From Tubiluchus corallicola (Eukaryota; Animalia; Priapulida): a DNA stretch of 64,000 nt. The position numbers were made by a program, and so were the translations under genes. The stretch covers positions 372,001 through 436,000 of the forward strand of contig JAQGDQ010000180.1 in the NCBI GenBank assembly GCA_030141605.1, read 5' to 3'. Shown in pieces: positions 53,967 through 64,000 of this stretch. The notes under the pieces are model-generated. The model was given only the letters and a program-made list of their open reading frames with translations. It was not told the origin of the DNA and did not search any database. Positions within the stretch are counted from its first letter, which is position 1. Every line of letters begins with the position of its first letter.

Positions 53967-54581
53967 GAGTAAAACCGGACTCAATCTTAAACTGTAGGTC
54001 AAAACAATCTACTCTTTAAAACATTAAAAGGAAACATACTATTTTTCAAAAATCACTTACATGAAAGAATTATTAACACACAAACACAATTTCACATTCG
54101 CGCCACCAGTTCTTCGCTGTTACATGCATTTCGCCTTCGCTAGTTAGGCGGGCACTAGCACTTGCATTTCGGAAACGCATTGCACAAAAATAGGTGTTGT
54201 ACCTCTCATTTGAGATGTGTTAGTTTGTGACGAACTACACACGTTCGAGAGCTCATGCGTGAGCACAGCTGTAAATTTGAAATTTGAATTTTTATGTTGA
54301 AACTTGCCTAGTTTTAGTACAACACACAGAATCTCTTACAGCAGCACTGTACTTCAATTTTCGCTTTCGTAAACACGTGCAACACGCTCATGGAATATTT
54401 TTGCTATTGAAAACTATGTTAGTTTGTGATGTCATCAATAATTGGGCTCGCCCGCCGTTAATTAAGTTTTTAATCTATAATTTAATTCAGAAACGCTTTT
54501 GCAGTATTGATTGTGTTAAAATGTATACTTTTTATCCGACTTGATGATGGGGTAGTCTGTGAAAAATCATCCTGTCTTCCC
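53967..54581 (+). mobile_element. MITE family B copy
   Basis: Colinear with 4016-4646; ends CCTGTCTTCCC|TTAA. Confidence 0.8.
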
Positions 54582-54986
54582 TTAACTTGAGCTGGTCTTT
54601 GGTTGTTCATTTTAATGGAATCTAGGAAGGTACCGCGTTTACAAAATGGTGCAAAATGTTCAGAAAAGTCTTTACAGTTTTTTCGTAAAAAAATCATTAA
54701 ACATTTATTATTCGTGTTAGTACATGTACAAGAGTAACTATAATATTGGCCTCACGTTGTCACAATTTCTTAACAGTTGCAGGTACAAGATCTTCTGGTA
54801 CTTCACTAGCGCCATCCAGTGTCTCCATATCGCAGTATTTCTCTTTGGTTGGCATGTTAATCTTTGGTCGTTCTGTGATGTCAAGATTTTTGCACATTAA
54901 CGTTTAATTACAGTTCATTGTTAATGTTTATCAACGAGCTGGTGTCCATGAGGTCCGGTTTGGCAACATTCAAGATGTCCTTAAAA

Positions 54987-55913
54987 TTAGTTTGGCCACA
55001 GTGGATCGTTAGGGATGGACCTTGGCTGCACAACTTGCCTTGGTACATTTCTCGGTAGTTGACTTTTAGGACCAGAATGAACTGGCAGTGACTCCAATTC
55101 CACGGCTTGGAACTGAAGATTTGGCGTCCTCTGGTAACCGTAAGCTGCTCCTTGCTCAGTGCTGCCCTCTCCGCTTGCTGTCTGGGTGTACTGTTGGGTA
55201 GCATCCTGGGTGGCTGAGCGGGTTGCGGACAGTTGGATTCCTGCATCACCGGAGCCGGAACCGCTCCTTTCGGATTCGCTCCTCTCGTGTTGCCTAGCGT
55301 AGCCCGAACGGTATCTTGAGCCAATAACGACTTGGTCCCTCTGGGCAGCATTTATGGCTCCCCTGGGAGCTAGGGCAGCAGCGTCGTCACGGAAGCGGTT
55401 GAAGTTGAAATCTTCGACGTTGATGTACCGGTTGCCGAAGTTATCGAACCCAAATGCCGCAGCATCAATGTTGCCAAAATTGTTGATGTCAATGGCGCCA
55501 CCGCCAAATCCTTGAAGTCCAGCTGACCTGAAAGCGCTGTCGGCACTGCCTCCTCCAGAAACCCGAGAGACGCCTCTACCAAGACCACCGCCTAGACTTT
55601 GCACTCCCCCAGAAATCCGGGAGATGCCTCCACCAAGACCACCTCCTAGACTTTGCACTCCTCCAGAAATCCGGGAGATGCCTCCACCAAGACCACCAAC
55701 TAAACTTTGTCCTCCTCCAGAAACCCGGGTGATGCTCCCAAGACCACCGCCCAGACTTTGCGCTCCACCGGAAATCCCGGAGATACCTCCAAAACTGCCT
55801 CCGCCACCAAAACCACCTCCAGAGTAACCAGCAGAACCTCCGCAATTTCCACCACAGCCATAACAAAGATCTGCTGTGAGTCCCAGCAGTGCAAGTAACA
55901 GCATAACCTTCAT
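54987..55913 (-). CDS. Secreted glycine-rich repeat protein (308 aa), putative structural/matrix protein
   Basis: Single coding exon; signal peptide MKVMLLLALLGLTADLCYG; 18-aa repeats GGISRISGGVQSLGGGLG; acceptor TTTCAG|CACAATG at 55918; AATAAA on the minus strand at 54709-54704. Confidence 0.88.
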   Translation of the reverse strand: MKVMLLLALLGLTADLCYGCGGNCGGSAGYSGGGFGGGGSFGGISGISGGAQSLGGGLGSITRVSGGGQSLVGGLGGGISRISGGVQSLGGGLGGGISRISGGVQSLGGGLGRGVSRVSGGGSADSAFRSAGLQGFGGGAIDINNFGNIDAAAFGFDNFGNRYINVEDFNFNRFRDDAAALAPRGAINAAQRDQVVIGSRYRSGYARQHERSESERSGSGSGDAGIQLSATRSATQDATQQYTQTASGEGSTEQGAAYGYQRTPNLQFQAVELESLPVHSGPKSQLPRNVPRQVVQPRSIPNDPLWPN

Positions 55914-55924
55914 TGTGCTGAAAT

Positions 55925-56545
55925 TATTAACATTACATCATAACATTACCATTGTAACATTAGCATTATAAGATTAACATTACCATTATAACATTAAAAT
56001 TATAACATTAATATTATAACATTAACAATATATCATCAAAATTATAACATTAATATCATAACATTAACATTATAACATTAGATTATAACATTAACATTAT
56101 AACATTACCATTATAACATTAACATTATAACATTACCATTATAACATTAAAATTATAACATTAACATTATAACATTAACATTATAAGATTACCATTATAA
56201 CATTGACATTATAACATTACCATTATAACATTAACATTATAACATTACACCATAACATTACCATTATAACATTAACATTATACCATTACCATTATAACAT
56301 TAAAATTATAACATTAATATTATAACATTAACATTATAACATTACATTAGATTATAACATTAATATTATAACATTAACATTATAACATTAGATTATAACA
56401 TTAACATTATAACATTAGATTATAACATTAACATTATAACATTACCATTATAACATTAACATTATAAGATTACCATTATAACATTAACATTATAAGATTA
56501 CCATTATAACATTAATATTAGAACATTACCATTATAACATTAAAA
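55925..56545. repeat. AT-rich (AACATT/ACCATT/ATA)n satellite abutting the splice acceptor
   Basis: About 620 bp of CATTATAACATTAA-type units. Confidence 0.95.
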
Positions 56546-57079
56546 CCCAGTACCGTACAGCTAAAGTAAGTCTCTACGTCTCTAATTTTATTAGAAGCAT
56601 AACAATAATAATAATAATAATAAATCGCACTCTATCCAAGGGTTAACCTAGGGTTGCCACCACTCCTGATTTGGCCCTTAACCTCCGGAAATTCAGCCAC
56701 AAATCCGTAGTTCGGTTGATTTTTTTAAAAATTCTGAAAACTCCTGATATCAAACACCGCAATTGAAATTTAAACACCGCAAGTAAAAATACGGAAATGC
56801 AACTTGCATGCTATTGTAAGGTTAAGCTAATAACAGCGGTATCTCTGTTAAATATCAGTAAACTTACTAAGTTTAATTATATTGTAAAGAACTTCATCTT
56901 ATCACTCTGTCTACTTTTTTCACCAATTTTCACTGCAACAGCAAGTACAACGCAAGTAACTTTCCACCATTTGTTCACTTTGCTTGAACGAATTTTGTCT
57001 TACAAGTATTAATAATGGAAAAAGCACGGAAGAAAAGATTTAGCTTAAATTCACATAACATAAAGTTCTTAATAATTTG

Positions 57080-57325
57080 CTTGCTAAAAACTATCTAATT
57101 TGGTCGCTAAAAACTGTCTGATTTGGTCGCTAAAAACTATCTAATTTGGTTGCTAAAAACTATCTAATTTGGTCGCTAAAAACTATCTAATTTGGTTGCT
57201 AAAAACTATCTAATTTGGTTGCTAAAAACTATCTAATTTGGTTGCTAAAAACTATCTAATTTGGTCGCTAAAAACTATCTAATTTGGTTGCTAAAAACTA
57301 TCTAATTTGGTTTCGAAAAACTATT
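57080..57325. repeat. 23-bp minisatellite, about 10 copies
   Basis: Unit GCTAAAAACTATCTAATTTGGTY. Confidence 0.95.
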
Positions 57326-58106
57326 TCCAAAAACACGAAAATGTGAGAAATGTATTAAGACTGGGAAGACGTAGCTATTTGCACTTTTTGTAAGTTTTGG
57401 ACCTTTAGAGCTTTTCAAGCATCTAAAATCAAGCATCTAAAATTTATGCTACTTTGTGGTTTAATTTCTTAATTTTTGATTCTGAAAAATGCCTCATAAT
57501 TGGTTACCGGAGTGAAACGTTGACATTGATTTCACTGGTATTTTGTAATGAAAGTTTTTAGAATCAATACTAAGGGAAAACCGAACGATTGATTAGACTC
57601 AATCTCATTTTAACTTACTGTCCGAGATATATATTTTTTCTTGCCTGTAAAAGTTAGCGATTGTTTATAATACAAGAAATGCGTTGGTTTGCAGCATTAC
57701 CCCCAGTACCCCTAGCTGCTTCCTCTATTCCTGATTTCGATTTGCGTAAGGAGGTACCTTAACCTCCCCTTTTATCTGCCAAATTATTACTTAATACACA
57801 TTTTATGAAGTACAAACTAAATTATTAATTAACTATAAGTCTTAAATGATTGAATGAGCTTTTTCCTTTACGAAACAAATACGCAAACAAGAGTCATACT
57901 GTATTGCTTTCAACAAACCAAGCTAAAAAATCGTATTGAGTGAACTTTTTGTAAAACAAAAATTGTAAAAGACAACAACGGAAGAGGTTTCTATCCGTGC
58001 TGTACGTTTCTTTTTCTTGTTTCTTTCGGTCATGTCACTTTGATACGAAAGTGCATAGCACTTTACCTAATAAATATCAATAACAAACAACTTTAATTTT
58101 TCTTAC

Positions 58107-58192
58107 CTGGTTGGAGTCTTCAAACAACTTCGACTTGTCCCTGCAACTTTTGAGAAAATGGCAACGAATGTTTAACGGTGGTCACTTTTATA
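58107..58192 (-). promoter_or_regulatory. TATA box and non-coding first exon of the Gly-rich gene
   Basis: Minus strand GGGGGTATAAAAG (TATA 58192-58186), CCATTT initiator-like near 58160, donor CAG|GTAAGA at 58107/58106; predicts intron 58106-55918. Confidence 0.7.
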
Positions 58193-58589
58193 CCCCCTCC
58201 GTTCATACCGACACGGTGTAATTAGAATAATAGGTATGATGTAAACTTCATCTAGATAATAGCAACGCTTCGAAATAATGCTGATTTTCCGCATAAACAA
58301 ATATACAAGGACAATCGAGTCTAGTCCAGTTGAAATTCGAGCAAATAATTGGCACATATACGCGAGCGCTGGTAAGTGATTAATTGTTAACGTTTCAATT
58401 CGACTTGCCAGATTCATTTCATATGCGTGTTTGATTATAATCATATTTTACGTAAACCTAGATTTCGCAAACGAACAATGTCACTTTAATTTCTAGGTCG
58501 GTGAGCCGTAATTCCTGTCTTATTGTAATGCTAGTTGATAGGAGGATTCGGACTAAGTCACCACAAAATCAATCGGTCCCAATCTAGGG

Positions 58590-58990
58590 AATTCTAATTT
58601 GTATAAGTTGAACCAATTCTAATTAGTATAAGTTGAACGAATTCTAATTAGTATAAGTTGAACGAATTCTAATTAGTATAAGTTGAACGAATTCTAATTA
58701 GTGTAAGTTGAACGAATTCTAATTAGTATAAGTTGAACGAATTCTAATTAGTATAAGTTGAACCAATTCTAATTAGTATAAGTTGAACGAATTCTAATTA
58801 GTATAAGTTGAACGAATTCTAATTAGCTAAGTTGAACGAATTCTAATTAGCATAAGTTGAAAAAATTCTTATTAGCTAAGTTGAAAGAATTTTAATTAGC
58901 ATAAGTTTAATGACTTATAAATTATCATAAGTTGAACGAATTCTATTTTAGCATAAGTTGATATAATTCTAATTAGCATACGTTGAATGA
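58590..58990. repeat. 25-bp minisatellite, about 16 copies
   Basis: Unit AATTCTAATTAGTATAAGTTGAACG, degenerating to the right. Confidence 0.95.
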
Positions 58991-59004
58991 ATCACTCACT
59001 TCGA

Positions 59005-59393
59005 GGCTCAGCGAATCAACTAAGACCGGCAATAGCGCATTCTTTCACATTTGCGTGGCCAACAAATAGATGCGGTACCGTGATAAGCATGATCATGAAC
59101 TGCAGTGTTCGTGTGTGACGTAGAGCTCATCTTCGTGACATCACATCAGCGTCTTATAGCAATCTTCGCTTATGCAAACGTGCTTGACGCGCAAGCAAGA
59201 TTCCTACCATTGCACAAACTGTGTTTAGTTTGTAACGTAAGTGATACCTGTGTTCGGTTGACGTTAATTAACTTTCCAATGTAATTATTCAAATATTAGA
59301 AACAATTACTAACTTTTATTTTCAAGAAAATGTATATTTCGGACTGTAAATTAAATGAGATTGAGTCTAAACAATCGTCGGGTTTTCCTTTAA
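59005..59393 (+). mobile_element. MITE family C copy (5'-truncated)
   Basis: Homologous to 1270-1668; ends GGTTTTCCT|TTAA. Confidence 0.75.
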
Positions 59394-59752
59394 CATTGAT
59401 TCTAAAAACTTTCATTACAAAGCATCAGTAAAATCAGTGTCAACGTTTCACTCTAGTAACCAACTGGGCAGAGCCGCCCCACAATTTTCTGCCTTTGTCA
59501 ATTCTGCTAATAATGATCGTTTAGCCAAAAACTGCCTCCTAACTCATAATTCATCTATGCGCCAATTCATCGAGCATGAGACATGCATCACAACCTGTCG
59601 CCATGCTATCCCGTCTCTGTCACAAACGTTCACGTCAGATGTGGGAAGTGGTGCTGCCTACAATGATTTCTTCAGAATTTAAAGAAGAGTGGCTATCATG
59701 CATTGTGCGTTTTGCAGGTCATCCACTTGCGAATTAGACTAATTCTAACTTA

Positions 59753-60304
59753 AAGGAAAGTTCAAGCCTTGTAGACGGTCAGGGTTAATTCAATGTTCGT
59801 GAAATATGTTAGAAGGATTTAGTAATAAAACTGTAATAAGCGCCTCGTGTAATTAGCAAAATCACTTTAAAGTCGCGATCACTTCATGTTTGGGCGCTTA
59901 TTCAATGCCCATTATTCTTCCAATGACGTCATTCGTCTTGAAGAAAAGTAGCGCACTGTCAATCTTCATCAAAAGTATAATAATTTTTTACAAAATAATT
60001 AGATACCTAATTTTGTAATATTTTTGCATGAACATTAGGTAAGCTGTAGAAGTTTGAATTAGTTTAAGGAGCGCTTAGGGAAAGCCACGATGCACTTACG
60101 AAAAGTCACGAAGTCTCCCAGTTACGTCACAATTTTCAAGTGAATGGCGGCAACCACCCCCCTTGAAAATTCCTATTCAGAAGTAGTTTATCTTAAATTT
60201 ATGCTGTATAGGCAGTTCTTTGCAAATTTCTTTGTTATATTTTTCGAAGTTCAAGCGATAACAGTAAAATAAACCCAACATGCTAAGTGATTTTCTCTTT
60301 CTTT
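59753..60304 (+). mobile_element. MITE family D copy
   Basis: Colinear with 40055-40640; TTAA on both sides. Confidence 0.8.
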
Positions 60305-60760
60305 TAACGGTGTCTTACCGACAGCCTCGCGTGCGTTTTTGGTTTATTGCAACCCTCTTTTTTCAACGACCTGCATTCGTTTTCCTTTTTTTGATTTAGC
60401 CCTTGGCTAAAAATTCTTATTTAATCTTTTTTGCCATTTGATTTTGACAATTTATGATCAAGTAAAGTAAAGTAAGGTCGTCTGTGAAATGGATTAAAGT
60501 AAAGTAAGGTCGTCTGTGAAATGGATTACGTTTCACTTTTTAGCGAGTTTTTGCTGTTAAAAATTATGTACTGTATAAAAACGCGACTTTAAGCAGAACT
60601 GACAAAATAATGGACGCAGGCTTGAAATTTCAAAGTTTTTACTACTTTCGTATTTGGAGACAGAGTCAGAATATTTCTTCCAGCAATATCTGTTTCCACT
60701 CATAATAAGCAGCTATTGAGTTACTTGTGTATTCAATATTATGCCTCCATGTTCTGTTAA

Positions 60761-60925
60761 CCCTTTAATACCCAATGTATCCGGTGGGATACAGGCTATA
60801 TTTAGCACACGGGCACAGGTAGAAAAAAAAATAATTATTATGTGTAAACAAGATGGACATACTGAACAAAAGTACCTAGCCAAAAAAATTTTTCTTATTA
60901 AAAAAATAATTTGGGACTGAAAGGG
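60761..60925. mobile_element. piggyBac-type MITE
   Basis: TTAA|CCCTTTAATACC ... GGACTGAAAGGG|TTAA. Confidence 0.75.
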
Positions 60926-60957
60926 TTAAAACTTATTCTGTTATATATTTATATTAA

Positions 60958-62628
60958 TTGACATGTTGCAGGCTTTTAAAGCACAAGAAAACCCCCCATT
61001 TACATAAAGCTTTAAAAATTCCTCTTGAAATTTTATACCACTTTCTTACTGCGTTTTTGCACGCAAGGCTTGCATCGGCAGCAACGCTGTATAAAACATG
61101 TAAATTTAAAGCGATGATCATTAGACGCAGTCATTTTAATTTTGGGTAGTTTTAAACAAGTTTAGATAACATTAGGTAAAGTTTGAAAAAATAAAAGCAT
61201 ACGTAGCATTCACATTGCTAACAAAGTAAAATTTAGTTAGTATTAAGTTAGTTAGTAACTTAGTTAGTAAGTTAGATAGTTAGTATTAATTTATTTAGTA
61301 ACTTAAATTACCGTAAATTTAAGTTAGCCACCCGGGGGTGAGTTCGCCACCCCTTACGTAATGGCCATTGTAGGTTTGCTGTAACTATTGTTCAGTATTT
61401 AATGAACAGATATCATGATCACCGTCATTATAAGCAGTTTGCGACATATCTTCTTTCAATTCGCACTAGAAGTATTCCATTCTGCGCTACATATTATTTG
61501 TCTACTATTTCTTGCTACTTAACATGCCACGCACCTGCACCCCTGTGCCGGGCCATAGATACCAAAATATACCCCAGAAGCTCTGGAAGCTACCCTACAT
61601 GCCGTCGAGAATACCAACAGGACAATCAGCGCAGCGGCGAGGCAATTCGGAGTTCCAAGAAAGACCCTTTCTGACAAACTCTCAGGAAATCATCCCCGGA
61701 AGACCGGAGGTCAGCCAGTGTTCTCCGCCGCCGAGGAGCACGAAATCGCCAACACTCCAAGTGGCCGCTGAGTGGGGGTTCCCAATGACTGCCATCGATC
61801 TCCGACTACTGATTAAGAGTGTTCTTGACGCGAAGGGAATCCAGGAACGACGATTCAAGGCAAACACCCCTGGAATAGACTTTGTCAAATCATTCGCCCG
61901 AAGGAACAATCTGTTTTTCAGAGTGGCTGGCAACATCAAGGCCGCCCGCGATAAGATCAGTGCACAAGACGTTCAAGCCTTCCTTGCCAACGTATAAGTT
62001 TCTATTTGAAAACTAAAACTAGCATTTTTCATAATTCTTTCATAGGGTGGCGAACTCACCCCCAACCAGCCAATCACAACCAGTTAACTTCAGCTGCCTA
62101 GAATGGCATTAAACAGTGTTAAATTGTTAGTGGCGAATTCACCCCACGATAGTGTTTCATTCGAAAGGCAATATAAAGTTTGAACTAAGAAAATCGGTTG
62201 GGTAATTCTCTTGCTATGGCAGGAAACGTAAAAAATACCCCTAAAAAGTGGCGAACTCACCCCGTTTTACGGTACTTTATCTTGTCAATATAAAAATATG
62301 TTTTTGGTTAGTGAGTGGCGTATCCTAGAGGATGAGTCAGCGACATTTTCCAACTGGCACGAACATTTTGAATTATTATTTCTAGTTACATATGTCTTTC
62401 TAGCAGGTAAGGGAAATGCTAAGTAATATAGATTTGCATGGAAAGTTTTTTGGGTCATAATTTAACATTTCCTTTTCTTCCCCTGATTTACGTTGTGCGT
62501 ATATGACGTCATGTAATGGCGACTAAGGAACAGTATTGCGGGAGATTTAAAATGAAAACAAACAACGATTTCGTTCCACGCGAGTGCGATATATGCATAA
62601 AAATGCTGTAAAGTTGTATAATTTTTAA
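60958..62628 (+). mobile_element. Family A copy interrupted by a pogo-like element and cut off by a LINE
   Basis: Segments 60958-61310 and 62275-62628 align with the reverse complement of 41146-41885. Confidence 0.8.
61311..62272 (+). mobile_element. pogo/Tigger-like (Tc1/mariner superfamily) internal-deletion derivative
   Basis: TA|CCGTAAA ... TTTACGG|TA with the empty site seen in the 41.5-kb copy; subterminal GTGGCGAACTCACCCC repeats; frameshifted HTH_psq (ISAAARQFGVPRKTLSDKL) plus CENP-B-type HTH (AEWGFPMT..DLR...PG.DFVKSF.RRN); no DDE domain. Confidence 0.88.
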
Positions 62629-62653
62629 ATTTTTAAGTTGACAGTTTATAATT

Positions 62654-64000
62654 ATTATAAACTGTCAACTCTATCAAGTCAAGATGACTTAGCAAATACC
62701 AGTAAGGATTTCACTTTTGTGCATTTTAATGTCAGTAGTATAAACAAAAATTACACTAGTATGTTAGACGTTCTTTTACACTTTCAAAATCCTCCTGACA
62801 TTATAGCATTAAGTGAAACCCGTTTAAAAAAAGATCATATTTTTCTCACACCCTTACCTGGGTATCAATTTATTCGTGACGATTCTACAACCAATGCAGG
62901 TGGTGTGGGATTGTATATCAGAAACTCTGTAATTTTTTCAGAAATGCCTAAATACAAAATACACAACTCAGACTGTAAAAATGGCTCCACAAACCATATG
63001 CAACTGGAGAATATGTGGATTGAAATAGAAACTCCACCCAACATCAAAAACATTTTATTTGGAGTCATCTACAGGCACCCAAATACTAACCTTGAAGAAT
63101 TTCATGAAGAACTAGAAAGCAAATTATCCTTAATTAACAGAACTAACAAATTTTGCTATATATGCGGTGACATAAATATTAATTTACTACATAGTGACAG
63201 CAAAACCTCAGTGACAAATTATACAAACATGTTATTCTCTAATAATTTTGTGCCAATTATAACTAAACCAACAAGAATAACTCATCACACTAATACACTC
63301 AATGATCATATTTATACAAATGACCTCACCAACCACGTAACACCTGGAATTTTGCTTTATCAAGTAGCCGACCATCTTCCTATATTTGCAATTATAAGGC
63401 ATACTAAACTGAAAATGAAATCCAACAAAATCACCACAAGAAATTTTAACAATTCAACTGAACAAAATTTTTTAAATAACCTGCAGCTAGAATTAGTCAA
63501 AATAAATTTTAATGACTTGGAAACTAATGAGGGATTTAGCAAATTTAATGAAATACTCTTCAATGTGTTTAATAATCATTTTCCTTTGCAAACTCTGTCT
63601 AGGAAAGACACTATTACATTTCAAAAACCATGGATCATTAAAGGAATTTTAAATAGTATTAAAACCAGATCACGTCTTTACAAATCACACAAACTCTCAA
63701 ATAATTTATACAAACAAATCTACTACAAATCCTACTCAAATAAATTAAATCATGTCAAAGAATCATCAAAAAAACAATATTACACTGAAACATTGCAAAA
63801 ACACAAGAATAACATGAAAAAAACTTGGGAAACAATAAACAGTATTATAAAAACTGATCCAAAAACACGACAAACACCAAGTAAGTTAACAATAAATAAT
63901 GTGGACTATACAGATACATATGATATTGCCAGTAAACTAAATGAGTTTTTTGTAAATATAGGCCCTGACATGGCTGCCAAAATACCTAAACCTAACGTTA
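62654..64000 (+). mobile_element. CR1-group (CR1/Crack/Daphne-like) LINE ORF2, APE endonuclease and linker, open to the window end
   Basis: About 450 codons without a stop: HFNVSS, DIIALSETRL, GGVGLYI, GVIYRHP, CGDININ, KPTRIT, DHIYTN, ADHLPIF, KPWI..GI, KKTW..IN, NEFFVNIG. Absent from the ORF track, presumably because it has no stop in the window. Confidence 0.93.

Noticed and set aside
54908-55898. Overlapping alternative-frame and antisense ORFs (Trp/Arg-rich, Pro-rich)
   Set aside because: Shadows of the repetitive Gly-rich CDS; only the 308-aa frame has a signal peptide, acceptor and promoter.

Overview
AT-rich, intron- and repeat-rich animal (invertebrate-type) genomic DNA; nothing prokaryotic. 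I reconstructed four protein-coding genes by hand from GT-AG boundaries with consistent reading phase. (1) The last four exons of a CE4 chitin deacetylase-like gene (+, 860-5752). (2) A complete 36-exon vitellogenin / large lipid transfer protein gene (+, 15617-37986, about 1819 aa, LLT N-terminus plus VWD, no polyserine tract) with TATA box and polyA signals. (3) A 4-exon secreted PAN/apple + pentraxin gene (+, 42386-46231). (4) A secreted Gly-rich repeat protein gene (-, CDS 54987-55913, non-coding first exon near 58107-58160). Intergenic and intronic DNA carries TTAA-flanked Kolobok-like MITE families, Tc1/mariner and piggyBac MITEs, a pogo-like deletion derivative, a BEL/Pao remnant, RTE and L2 fragments, a 5S-rRNA-headed SINE, an open CR1-group LINE ORF running off the right end, and many satellites. 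The most unusual observations are: two tandem arrays that multiply a vitellogenin splice acceptor (10 and 5 copies, only the last productive); several unrelated fold-back elements with minimal hammerhead-ribozyme motifs in their arms (one with a U3-A8 covariant core); a 5S + bipartite-RTE SINE; a dispersed stem-loop with covarying stem; and an orphan duplicate of the vitellogenin 3' end fused to a BEL/Pao remnant. All calls come from reading the sequence; no database searches were run.
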